Assembly (NCBI GenBank): GCA_036677065.1
Contig: JAKFBS010000001.1
Span: 192,001 to 256,000, forward strand
DNA: 64,000 nt
Direction: 5' to 3'
DNA from: Bdellovibrio sp.
Lineage (GTDB): Bacteria > Bdellovibrionota > Bdellovibrionia > Bdellovibrionales > Bdellovibrionaceae
A program made the translations under genes and the position numbers. Shown one piece after another: positions 53,004-62,351 of this stretch. Below the pieces are notes generated by a model. It was not told where the DNA came from. It made no database searches and was given only the letters and a program-made list of their open reading frames with translations. The number at the start of each line of letters is the position of its first letter. The first letter of the stretch is position 1.

Positions 53004-54695
53004 CTATAAATATAATTCTTGGGTTGCAGGTGCAATAACATCTAACAAGTTATTAAAAGTACTGGCAACTTGTGACGCTACCGCTGGGCCATCGACACTA
53101 TCAACTTTGGCGATATCGCCGTTTGGTTTATAAGATACTTTAATTGATCCTAAACCGGGGCGGGTTACTGTCTGTGGTTTACCAAAGCGTTCTTCGTAAT
53201 CGATCTTCACAACCTTTTTAGCTTGGTCAGTGATCGATTGGATGCGGCCTTTTAAATCGTAAGTCATATTGATCTTTTGACCATCGCTGTTTTCAGCGTA
53301 AGTTAAATTACCTTTGCCATCATATTTAAAAGCAGTATTGCGAATAGTTGTCGCTTTGCCTTTTTCGTTGATGAAGCTCGTTTTAACAGTTGAGACACGT
53401 TTAATCGTCTGATCATAAGTGTATTCAAGTTTTGCCGAAGAAGTCGTTTTAGTTTTAGGTAAACCATCAGCAAAGTATTCGAAATCAATACGGTCATTAT
53501 TGATTTTGATTGTTACTGGTTTGCCGAAAGTATCATGGTATGTGATATCGCGGATTGAACCATTTACGTTTGTTAACAAACGCGATAACACCACTTGGCC
53601 ATTCGGCAATTGTTTGTGCCAAAATTCATAACGGTTAGTCGCTAAAGTTTGTTTGCCACACACTTTAGTCGCCGTTGACCAATAGTTAAATTTCGGATTT
53701 GAAGTCGAAAATTCGTACTTATAGCTTTCATTACATTTATCACGGTCGGTAAAAGATAAAACCCAGTCTTTCACATTGTCGTACTTGATCGCGATTGATG
53801 TCTTATCTGGCCAGTTAGCTTTTGTTAAGTTATGAAATTCATTGTATTCGTAAGTGTAGACATCAGTTTCTTTTTTAGCCCAGGCATTGCGATTCCAGAT
53901 TAAATCTTCTTGTTGATTATATTTGTATTCAGTCATCAAACCATTTGGGCCAGTGATGCGTTGAACTTTTTTATTCGGGTAATACTTAAAAGCTAATTTG
54001 CGTGAGTTGTTATCAGTGATTTCTGTTAATAAATCTTTTTGGTATTCAAATTTTAAATAGTTTCCGTTTTTGTCATACATATGTGTTAGGCGGCCTTCAC
54101 CATCAAAACGTTGCATGCTGCCATCCGGAAGAGTGCGCGTGTATACACCCTTACTTAAAATAACATTCTCAACTTCTTTGGCATTAGCCATGTATTTGGT
54201 ACCTTCTTTAACGGGCACAATAATACCGAATTGGCGCGCGTATTGTGAACGTACTTCAGAATCATCGTAAAGTTGAACTTCGATGTTTTTCCAGTATTCA
54301 GCCGCGTTCGAGCTTAATTTTTTATCAGCACGCATTTTTGTGATGATTTGTTTGATTGAACTCTCAACGTCTTTTTTAGTTAATTCACGAGCTGAATAAA
54401 CGATTTCTTGGCCGTCACCACACTCAGAGATTTTAAGATTACCCTCTGGAGTTGTTTCTAGTCTTGTTTCAAACTCAGAACACCAACCGAAGCCAAATAA
54501 TCCAATATAGATAGTACGGCTTTTATAAGCGCGAAGTACGCGCATATCATAACCAGTTCCTGGCACCTCTAAGTCAGTCCAAGTATTGGAATAACCAGCG
54601 TTATTCATATCTACTAAAGCATGTGCTTTTTCAGTTAATGTTAACGTTGCAAAAGTCGCTGCGACTGCAAGAAGAACATTCCATGTCTTCATCAT
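53004..54695 (-). CDS. Secreted YD/RHS-repeat protein (Bd0109-like, DUF6531-type N-terminus)
   Basis: RAYKSR...GLFGFGW; multiple YD repeats. Confidence 0.88.
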   Translation of the reverse strand: MMKTWNVLLAVAATFATLTLTEKAHALVDMNNAGYSNTWTDLEVPGTGYDMRVLRAYKSRTIYIGLFGFGWCSEFETRLETTPEGNLKISECGDGQEIVYSARELTKKDVESSIKQIITKMRADKKLSSNAAEYWKNIEVQLYDDSEVRSQYARQFGIIVPVKEGTKYMANAKEVENVILSKGVYTRTLPDGSMQRFDGEGRLTHMYDKNGNYLKFEYQKDLLTEITDNNSRKLAFKYYPNKKVQRITGPNGLMTEYKYNQQEDLIWNRNAWAKKETDVYTYEYNEFHNLTKANWPDKTSIAIKYDNVKDWVLSFTDRDKCNESYKYEFSTSNPKFNYWSTATKVCGKQTLATNRYEFWHKQLPNGQVVLSRLLTNVNGSIRDITYHDTFGKPVTIKINNDRIDFEYFADGLPKTKTTSSAKLEYTYDQTIKRVSTVKTSFINEKGKATTIRNTAFKYDGKGNLTYAENSDGQKINMTYDLKGRIQSITDQAKKVVKIDYEERFGKPQTVTRPGLGSIKVSYKPNGDIAKVDSVDGPAVASQVASTFNNLLDVIAPATQELYL

Positions 54696-54736
54696 TAAAA
54701 ACCTCGTGTGTCTTGATTGGCCTCATTTTTAAGGCG

Positions 54737-55612
54737 CTACACTTTTATTGTAACAACTTTTTTGATTACGATCCCACCAATAATTTGCAAACCTAGCATA
54801 ACAGCCAGCATGATTATGCCTAAGACAGTTTCAAACATCGGTTTGATAAATTCAGGGTCTAGGATAAAGAAAACAAAGCCCATAACAAATGGAATGCACG
54901 AAACGATGATTCCCTGCATGATACCTTGGGCTGTCATCGCAGAAATTTTCTTTTCTAACTTTTGGCGTTCACGAATTGTCGAGACTATAGTCTGGAAAGT
55001 TTCAGCCATGTTGCCGCCAGTTTCTTTTAAAATCACTACGGCAGTTACAAACATCTGCACGTCGGGGCGGGGAATACGCTCAGCTAAATCAGTTAACGCT
55101 TCTTCGTAACTTTGACCGAATTGGGTTTGCGTTAATACTTGGTTAAATTCGGCTTTAACAGGGTTTGCCATAATTTCTACAACGCGTGCCATAGTTTGCT
55201 GCGGATTCGATCCTGATTTTACCCCATTGGCCATAATAGTTAAGGCATCAACCATTTGTCCGACGAAAGCATTACAGCGGCGTTCATAAAGATTTTTATA
55301 AAATAAAGGTAATGCTTGAAAGCCTGCGATGCCCATAGATGCACCAAAGAAAAATCCAAGCATAGCATTTGGCCAAACTAAGGCAAAAAACAATAAGCCA
55401 ACGCCTAAACTTGAAATCAGCTGCAGACGAATTACTTTTTTTTCGTCGACATCCATACCAAGCAGTTTCATATGCATCATGATATCAGATTTTTTTGCAG
55501 CACCACTTCGGCCGATGCGGCCAAATAAAGTATCTGCATACATATACACAGCAAAAAATACAGAAATTCCAAACAATGGAAACACTAACCATTCATGTCT
55601 AAAAATATCCAT
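54737..55612 (-). CDS. tadB: Tad pilus inner-membrane platform protein
   Basis: T2SSF-like; ETGGNMAE; follows the ATPase gene. Confidence 0.88.
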   Translation of the reverse strand: MDIFRHEWLVFPLFGISVFFAVYMYADTLFGRIGRSGAAKKSDIMMHMKLLGMDVDEKKVIRLQLISSLGVGLLFFALVWPNAMLGFFFGASMGIAGFQALPLFYKNLYERRCNAFVGQMVDALTIMANGVKSGSNPQQTMARVVEIMANPVKAEFNQVLTQTQFGQSYEEALTDLAERIPRPDVQMFVTAVVILKETGGNMAETFQTIVSTIRERQKLEKKISAMTAQGIMQGIIVSCIPFVMGFVFFILDPEFIKPMFETVLGIIMLAVMLGLQIIGGIVIKKVVTIKV

Positions 55613-55624
55613 ACACTATCCTCA

Positions 55625-57844
55625 CTATCCCGCTTTTTTCGGCGGTGTAGTTGTTGTGCCTGTAGCACCCGGAGTTGCAGGTTTAGCTGCGGTAGCTGCA
55701 GGTTGCGCTGGCGTAGCCGGTTTTACTTCATTCGAAAAGATTTCCATTGGGATGTTTCCACCCTTGTCTTTAATTTCTTGAACAAATGATGGAACCGTAC
55801 CAGTCGCTTGGAACTGACCAATGATTTTTCTGTTTTTATCGTAGCCGGTTTCTTTGTATCTAAAAATTTCAGCCAAGGTAACTACATCACCTTGCATACC
55901 AACGACTTCAGTAATACTGATGATTTTACGAGTACCGTCAGACATACGCACGATCTGAATAATTAAATCTACGGCACCTGCGATTTGTTCGCGAATGGCA
56001 CGCATTGGTAAATCTAACCCCGACATCATCACTAGTGTTTCTAAACGCGCAATACATTCACGTGGTGAATTGGCATGTGTGGTTGTCATTGAACCATCAT
56101 GACCTGTATTCATCGCCTGTAACATATCTAAAGCAGCGCCATCGCGCGTTTCTCCGACCACGATACGATCAGGACGCATACGTAAGGCATTCTTAATTAA
56201 ATCACGAATTGTAACTGCGTTTGTGCCTTCCATTGAAGGTGGGCGCGTTTCTAAGCGCACAACATGCTCTTGCATAAGTTGTAATTCGGCAGCATCTTCC
56301 ACCGTGATTACGCGTTCATGCACTGGAATCCAAGAAGAAATCATATTTAATAACGAGGTTTTACCTGAACCGGTACCGCCGCTGATAACAACGTTGTAAC
56401 CGTATTCAACCGAAATGCGCATGAACTCGAGCATGTTTTTTGTAGCACTGCCGTATTCAATGTATTTTTCAGGATTGATTCCGCCTTTTTTAAATTTACG
56501 AATTGTTAATGCTGGGCCATCTAATGATAAAGGCTCAATAACTGCATTCACACGCGATCCATCTTTAAGACGGGCATCCACATACGGAGTCGCATTATTA
56601 ATCTGACGGCCAAGGGGTGTAACAATACGCTCGATGATACGGCGTAAATGGTCATTTGAAGTAAATTTAATTCCGCTCAGCTGAACTTTACCAGACTTTT
56701 CAATAAAGATCCGGTTCGCGCCATTCACCATAATCTCAGAGATTGATGGATCAGCTAACATGTCTTCTAGCGGGCCAAGCCCTAAAGCTTCTTCTAAAAC
56801 TTCTTTAGTTAATTTTTGACGATCTTCACGAGATAAATCTGGCGCTTCTTTATCTACGATTCCAGAAATATCACGCTGAGTTTTAGTGCGTAATTCTTTT
56901 TCTTTGCTTTCGCCTTCGTTGGCTTCAGCTAAGATTTTTTTCAAATCGATAGTGCGGATTAATTCAGAATGCACACGTAATTTTGTCACAATCCAAGGAT
57001 CCATGCCCTTGGCAACAAGTTCGGCGCCGCCACCAGCTGCAGAAGCCGTTGAAGGAGCCACCGAAGGTTTTGGTTTTTGCATGCTTTTAAGACGTTGTAA
57101 TGTTCCGCCAGATAATTTTCTGACAAAATCAAAATATGCCGAAGAAATCGGAGATTTCGGATTTGCGACAACGAATGGCTTTGATTGTGAAATCGAACTC
57201 ATCGTTGTGGCTTCATCAGAAGGAATCATCGCCATCGGTGACAACCCTAAATGCTGGGCGATCATTGCCGGCTGTAAGCCATTCGGCCCAATCTTATTTA
57301 TAATTAATTGAAACATTTCACGCGGAATCGATTGCGTCATCAATTCATTAATCATTCTTTGTGTTTGTTGTACGACAAGGATTTCAGGAGTCGCAATTAT
57401 AGCAACTGCCGTAGCATCTGCTAAAATAGTATTTTGCATTGGCCCTAATTCATTACCGCAATCAACAATGATAAATTTAAAGCTGCGCGAAAAAAATTCG
57501 ATAAGCTTAGATAAATTTTCTGGATTAACACTTAAAATTTCTTCTGGTCCGCGTACGGCGCCTAAATATGAAAAACCTGCTGGATGCTGAGTCACGATCT
57601 GTTGAATTGGAGTAGAATTCAAAGACGCCGTCGAAGTTGCAAGTTCACGTAATGTTTTAAGAGGTTTAAGACCTGTAATGATATTTTGATCGCCGACACT
57701 TTTGGTATCGCAATCAATTAAAAGAACCGGAGTTCTTAGTTCGGCCGTGATGGCCGCAGTTAAATTGGCAGCGAATACGGATTTACCGACGCCACCTTTA
57801 CCGCCGACCACGGCGATTAATGCACAGTTTGAATTTATGGCCAC
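55625..57844 (-). CDS. tadA: TadZ/CpaE-like P-loop domain fused to a TadA/CpaF ATPase
   Basis: N-terminal GGKGGVGKS; C-terminal SGGTGSGKT, LRMRPDRIVVGE, MNTGHDG. Confidence 0.92.
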   Translation of the reverse strand: MAINSNCALIAVVGGKGGVGKSVFAANLTAAITAELRTPVLLIDCDTKSVGDQNIITGLKPLKTLRELATSTASLNSTPIQQIVTQHPAGFSYLGAVRGPEEILSVNPENLSKLIEFFSRSFKFIIVDCGNELGPMQNTILADATAVAIIATPEILVVQQTQRMINELMTQSIPREMFQLIINKIGPNGLQPAMIAQHLGLSPMAMIPSDEATTMSSISQSKPFVVANPKSPISSAYFDFVRKLSGGTLQRLKSMQKPKPSVAPSTASAAGGGAELVAKGMDPWIVTKLRVHSELIRTIDLKKILAEANEGESKEKELRTKTQRDISGIVDKEAPDLSREDRQKLTKEVLEEALGLGPLEDMLADPSISEIMVNGANRIFIEKSGKVQLSGIKFTSNDHLRRIIERIVTPLGRQINNATPYVDARLKDGSRVNAVIEPLSLDGPALTIRKFKKGGINPEKYIEYGSATKNMLEFMRISVEYGYNVVISGGTGSGKTSLLNMISSWIPVHERVITVEDAAELQLMQEHVVRLETRPPSMEGTNAVTIRDLIKNALRMRPDRIVVGETRDGAALDMLQAMNTGHDGSMTTTHANSPRECIARLETLVMMSGLDLPMRAIREQIAGAVDLIIQIVRMSDGTRKIISITEVVGMQGDVVTLAEIFRYKETGYDKNRKIIGQFQATGTVPSFVQEIKDKGGNIPMEIFSNEVKPATPAQPAATAAKPATPGATGTTTTPPKKAG

Positions 57845-57878
57845 AAATACTCCTTTGGGCTAGCCGCCGACGGCTTAA

Positions 57879-59477
57879 CTAATCTTTGAATCTAAATTTT
57901 TTCTTCACTTGTTCAACGCCGGCACTTGCTGAAGATTTAATAATTGGCGTTACGAACAAGACATAATTATTGGTACTTTTTGTATAGCTTTTTCCGTGAT
58001 TTAAAGTCACGATCGCACCGGCGCCGGTAGGACCGCCGAATTGATTTTCACTTTTCTTTGAAATGATTCCGGCAATCGCAGCGCTTTGACGGCTGCGCAC
58101 TGACACTTGTGTGGCTACAGTTGTGTTGGGAGTCGTCTGTGATAGTCCCGCCGAACTGGTAACAACTGTAATTCCTGTTTGAACTAATTCCGAACGCTCA
58201 GACATAATTGTCGGTGCGTTCAAAGTTAAATTGAGTGTGAACTGTTGAGTATTCGTAGGTGGTTGGCCGACAGTCGTGGCCCCGTTATTAAGACCGAATG
58301 TACGTGATAAACTTGCGCTCGGATTTTTATCTTGGGTTAAAAGAGACGCCGTATCCAATAAGCGCACATAACCATGAGTTCTAGCCCAGTTTAATTTCGG
58401 TAATAAATTATCTACGATCGAAGCTAATTCACTGATACTGCCTGGAGCGTTGGCCTGACCTTGTGTTTGTGATTCGCCTAAACCACGCAGTGAAGGTGAA
58501 AAAGTGAAATTGAAATTTCTTAAATAACGTTCAGCATATTCAACCACGTGAATTACAACTTGGATCATTTTTGGTGGAGGCGTAACTTTATCTTCGGCTT
58601 TACGTACTTGGATTAAATTGATGACGTACGCGCCGATATCAGTTTGCGGTTTACGGTCAACGATTTTTACACTGGTTGCCAATGTGGCTTCAAAGCCTGT
58701 GTCTTGCACGATGTCTGGCAAATACAGTAAAACCACGTCGTTGATACGATTTTTTTCTTCAATTGAATTTACGAAACCTTCTAGTCTGATAAAATCACCA
58801 ATAGATGTAACTGTGATTTCAGGATTATTAATATCACGGGCAATGTATTCTACAATTTTTTTCTTAGCAAGAGGGCTTAAACCGACAAGACTTACTACGA
58901 CTCCGCCAAACTGAGTAATAACCTGACCTATGCGTTTTAAATCTTTAGGCAATAAAACAAAGCCATCTAAAATTATTTTTCCATTTACAATTTTATATTC
59001 AATACCTTCGATATCATTTAGAAGAGCTTGTGTTTCACGTAACATTTTTTCAATCGTTTGATCACGAATATCAATACGCAGCTCAACTAAAATTTGTCCG
59101 GTTTTTTTATTGTGAATTGTGACAATCCCATTACCAATTTTTGTCGGTAAGATTCTGAAAGTGTCAGTATTTTTAATGCGTTGCAAATCAATAAGCTCAA
59201 CGCCTCCACCTTTATAAGTAAGTGGAATTTCAGGAATTGAAATTTCTTCGTCGTGTTTCATGCCGGCGATTAAATTTAAATGTCTACGAATTCTTTTTTT
59301 GTTGGGTTCTGCTGATAAAATTTTAACTGTAGTGCCGCCGCCTTCTTCAACCTCTTCGTAAACAGGTTTATCTGCGGCTGCAGCAAGCGTATTGAGTGCA
59401 GAACTAGATTGTGCATGCGCAAACTGAAATGCGAAATATAAAATAAAAAATAAACGTATCCGTACGCTTTTTAGCAT
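57879..59477 (-). CDS. cpaC: RcpA/CpaC-like secretin with a BON-like region
   Basis: Located between cpaB and tadA; C-terminal AIAGI...VLFVTP.I secretin pattern. Confidence 0.7.
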   Translation of the reverse strand: MLKSVRIRLFFILYFAFQFAHAQSSSALNTLAAAADKPVYEEVEEGGGTTVKILSAEPNKKRIRRHLNLIAGMKHDEEISIPEIPLTYKGGGVELIDLQRIKNTDTFRILPTKIGNGIVTIHNKKTGQILVELRIDIRDQTIEKMLRETQALLNDIEGIEYKIVNGKIILDGFVLLPKDLKRIGQVITQFGGVVVSLVGLSPLAKKKIVEYIARDINNPEITVTSIGDFIRLEGFVNSIEEKNRINDVVLLYLPDIVQDTGFEATLATSVKIVDRKPQTDIGAYVINLIQVRKAEDKVTPPPKMIQVVIHVVEYAERYLRNFNFTFSPSLRGLGESQTQGQANAPGSISELASIVDNLLPKLNWARTHGYVRLLDTASLLTQDKNPSASLSRTFGLNNGATTVGQPPTNTQQFTLNLTLNAPTIMSERSELVQTGITVVTSSAGLSQTTPNTTVATQVSVRSRQSAAIAGIISKKSENQFGGPTGAGAIVTLNHGKSYTKSTNNYVLFVTPIIKSSASAGVEQVKKKFRFKD

Positions 59478-59481
59478 GCCC

Positions 59482-60351
59482 CTACTTGCCCGGAGAAAAA
59501 CCCCCAGCTCCATTATTTAAGTTTGGCTGAATTGGCTGAGAAAAGCCACTGGACTGTCCCATTGTCTGGTTGATCGCTTTTTGCTGAATACTCTCGGCCG
59601 TTGAAGACGGAAGTCGAGGTACTGCTTTGCGGTCATGAGGATTTCTAAGTAAGAAAAATAAACTGCTCGGATTCGTTGAAACCAAAAATACTAAGTCTTG
59701 AGCATCACTGGAATTTACTTCGATAGTTACGTTTCCGTATTTTGTATCACCAGTCAGGGTCGTTTGAATTAGACCTCGACCTGCCGGATCTTTTTCAATT
59801 GTACGCGGAATAGTGTTATTTAAATTCACACCGGTCGCCAAAATAATAATATCTTGCATAAGTAATACGACCTCACGCTTTTGCGCAGCCCCTTTGCCGG
59901 TATCAACCACAGCATAAATATCTACGCGGTCACCAGGACGAATTAAGCCACCATTAGCACGTGTTGGGTCTACAGGAATAGTTACTGCACGTTTGTTTGG
60001 TGACACCTGAATGGCCATGCCTGTATCTGGGCCCGGCTCTAGAACTTTATTTTTTGTTAAGGTTTGACCTTTTTTAATCGGAATTGCCGCTACCGTACCA
60101 ACCACATCAGGAATGTCGCTGAATGAATCTGGCTCGACATCACTTTTATATTTTTCAACAACTTCTAAAACGTTATCATAGATAGTGTCAAGATCACGAA
60201 TGTCTTCTTTAGCAACAACGACGCGAGTTTTTGCGCCAAGCTGTTTATCTACTTCTGCTTTTTTTTCTTGAGAGTATGTATAGAGCATAAAGGTCGCAAA
60301 AATTCCTGCTCCCAGAGATATCCATAAATTTTTTGACTCATTTGGTCCCAT
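59482..60351 (-). CDS. cpaB: Flp pilus assembly protein CpaB/RcpC
   Basis: VVVAKEDI (SAF domain), RAVTIPV, GLIRPGDRVD. Confidence 0.9.
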   Translation of the reverse strand: MGPNESKNLWISLGAGIFATFMLYTYSQEKKAEVDKQLGAKTRVVVAKEDIRDLDTIYDNVLEVVEKYKSDVEPDSFSDIPDVVGTVAAIPIKKGQTLTKNKVLEPGPDTGMAIQVSPNKRAVTIPVDPTRANGGLIRPGDRVDIYAVVDTGKGAAQKREVVLLMQDIIILATGVNLNNTIPRTIEKDPAGRGLIQTTLTGDTKYGNVTIEVNSSDAQDLVFLVSTNPSSLFFLLRNPHDRKAVPRLPSSTAESIQQKAINQTMGQSSGFSQPIQPNLNNGAGGFSPGK

Positions 60352-60362
60352 AATTCTCCCGC

Positions 60363-60881
60363 CTACTTACTACATTCGGCATTTAAACAGATTCCATAAA
60401 CGGTCTTGACCCATATTTCTGCTGTTGTAGGCGTATCTCTGGACGTAGGTACGAATAGCGAACCAGCACTCCAGACACCATCACTGTCTTTATCAACAAA
60501 TTTATGGCTGGATTCTGCAATATTAATGTTTGCCGTGAAGGTTACTGGACGAACGGTTGCTGGCCAAATGTCGCGTTGTTCAGTTGGCACATTACCATCT
60601 TGAATTGTGCCATGCACACGATTTTGAGCTTTTAAATAATTAATTTTATATTCTGCCCCAGGGCGAAAATACATTAAGTTAGAGCGAAAACGAAAAGTTT
60701 CCATCGTGTAATTATAGGATGCAATTGAATTTAAAATTCCTGAATGAACGGCTCCAAAAAAACCCAGTGAAAAGTTAAATAAAATTACAATCGTAAATAA
60801 AACCGGAATAGACTCGATCAGAGCCATTCCGCGTTCTGTTTTTTTAAAGGTACGAGGTCGGGCGAGACGTTTGTTTTTCAT
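60363..60881 (-). CDS. TadE-like pseudopilin
   Basis: RG|MALIE prepilin motif followed by a hydrophobic helix. Confidence 0.75.
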   Translation of the reverse strand: MKNKRLARPRTFKKTERGMALIESIPVLFTIVILFNFSLGFFGAVHSGILNSIASYNYTMETFRFRSNLMYFRPGAEYKINYLKAQNRVHGTIQDGNVPTEQRDIWPATVRPVTFTANINIAESSHKFVDKDSDGVWSAGSLFVPTSRDTPTTAEIWVKTVYGICLNAECSK

Positions 60882-60882
60882 C

Positions 60883-61578
60883 TTAGCACCCATTGTCTTC
60901 CATAGGTGCGTAGGCCGTGTCAGCGCTGCCTGATAGTGACTTCCAGGGAGTGAATTGCATTCCAGAATTTTCTTGAGGCAAAATTTTTACACCTTGAGTA
61001 AATTTATTTTTAAAAAAGTTAGTGCATTCTACCGTAGACGGGTGACGAAACAAAATTCCGCGTATTGGAAATTTAAATTCGTCAGGCGTGTCAGTGATTT
61101 TTCCTAAAAATGGAATATTCAATCCACTCAGTAGTTTTAGTTCTATAGTTGATTCAACACCAATCCATGGATGGCGAACTTCTCCGCCTGGTTCAGCTGC
61201 ATTTGCTGCATCAATTGCACTATCCTTTTTTTTGATACTGTCGGCAATATCACCTATAACCAGGTCGCCTCTGTCTGCGACGGTCGGCATTTTAAACCAA
61301 GGTGAGTCTGATCCATTTCCTGTTAATAACGGAAAGGCAGCTGTTAAATTTTCATATTTAGTTTCGCCAGCTTTTATGGCTGAGTCGGGATCGATGTTTC
61401 CCACTGCGTGAGCACGGGCTGTAGACCAAACAATATATTGCGCGATTTCAACAGTAGTTAGGGCAAACGTTAAAGCAAAAATTAATATGCCCGAGCCAAT
61501 AACCATTGTGAATGCAAATAGAAATTCTGCGGTCATAAACCCAGATTGGTTATGAATAAGCCCATTGCTTTTTTTCAC
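60883..61578 (-). CDS. TadE-like pseudopilin
   Basis: SG|FMTAE prepilin motif. Confidence 0.75.
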   Translation of the reverse strand: MKKSNGLIHNQSGFMTAEFLFAFTMVIGSGILIFALTFALTTVEIAQYIVWSTARAHAVGNIDPDSAIKAGETKYENLTAAFPLLTGNGSDSPWFKMPTVADRGDLVIGDIADSIKKKDSAIDAANAAEPGGEVRHPWIGVESTIELKLLSGLNIPFLGKITDTPDEFKFPIRGILFRHPSTVECTNFFKNKFTQGVKILPQENSGMQFTPWKSLSGSADTAYAPMEDNGC

Positions 61579-61895
61579 AGTCTGCTCGGATCTGAACTTA
61601 AAGCTCGGCTAATTGAATTTGGGTGACATTGCGATAGATTTTGTTTTTTCTTATTAGCGCCCAAACCTTCGCAAGCTTCGCGAAAAGTTCCAAAGCCGGT
61701 CATGTTGCGCATGCTTTTTACAGGACCTGTAAAAAGTTTTGAAATCATTTTTTTTTCTTTGATGACTCCGGTGACAAACATAAATACTCCGACCAGCAGA
61801 GCAGTCAAAAGAACGGCTTCAATAGCAAATTGCCCACGTTGATTGCGCGGAGCTGCTAAGAGTTTAGTCTTTCTTTTCCCACGGCACGCGTTCAC
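61575..61895 (-). CDS. Minor pilin / pseudopilin
   Basis: RG|QFAIE; GTG start at 61895 with GGAGG 5 nt upstream. Confidence 0.7.
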   Translation of the reverse strand: MNACRGKRKTKLLAAPRNQRGQFAIEAVLLTALLVGVFMFVTGVIKEKKMISKLFTGPVKSMRNMTGFGTFREACEGLGANKKKQNLSQCHPNSISRALSSDPSRL

Positions 61896-62070
61896 TGTCG
61901 CCTCCGGTGTTAGGATAAGGTTTGAAGCCACTGCCTGTCGCCAGCTGCGTTTCTACACGCGCCCCTAATTTAACGCTTCCTTTATTGAAGCCATCTTTAG
62001 GCGCTTTTAACAAAGCGGGCATCAAAACGAGCCCGGCCAGTGCTAAAAGTACGACATACTCAATCGTCAT
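61864..62070 (-). CDS. Flp-like pilin lacking a leader peptide
   Basis: Starts MTIEYVVLL; in-frame TAA two codons upstream. Confidence 0.6.
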   Translation of the reverse strand: MTIEYVVLLALAGLVLMPALLKAPKDGFNKGSVKLGARVETQLATGSGFKPYPNTGGDSERVPWEKKD

Positions 62071-62077
62071 AAGTTAA

Positions 62078-62278
62078 TTACTCAACTGATTTTTGAACAG
62101 ATGTGTCGATGCTTGAACCAAGTCTATCAGTCGTTTCAGATAACTTAGTTTTGATTTTACCACCAAACATCATTACAAGACCAACAACAACGGCAACTAA
62201 TAAGATGTACTCAGTAGCACCTTGACCGCGGTTATTTTTTAACGAATTTCTTGTGAATTTTTTTAAAGAAGTTAGCAT
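62078..62278 (-). CDS. flp: Flp family type IV (Tad) major pilin
   Basis: NRG|QGATEYILL; AAGGAG SD. Confidence 0.92.
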   Translation of the reverse strand: MLTSLKKFTRNSLKNNRGQGATEYILLVAVVVGLVMMFGGKIKTKLSETTDRLGSSIDTSVQKSVE

Positions 62279-62310
62279 ATTTTGCTCCTTAGTTACGTTT
62301 TACAATGGTT

Positions 62311-62338
62311 TTATCGACTTAATTTAAGAAAAACTTAA
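62311..62338 (-). promoter_or_regulatory. Candidate sigma28 (FliA) promoter of the flp-tad operon
   Basis: Minus strand TTAAGTTT...GTCGATAA (TAAG-N15-GTCGATAA). Confidence 0.55.
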
Positions 62339-62351
62339 CTGGTATAAAGGC

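Noticed and set aside
53004..54695. RHS polymorphic toxin
   Set aside because: No DPxG cleavage motif, toxin tip or typical immunity gene
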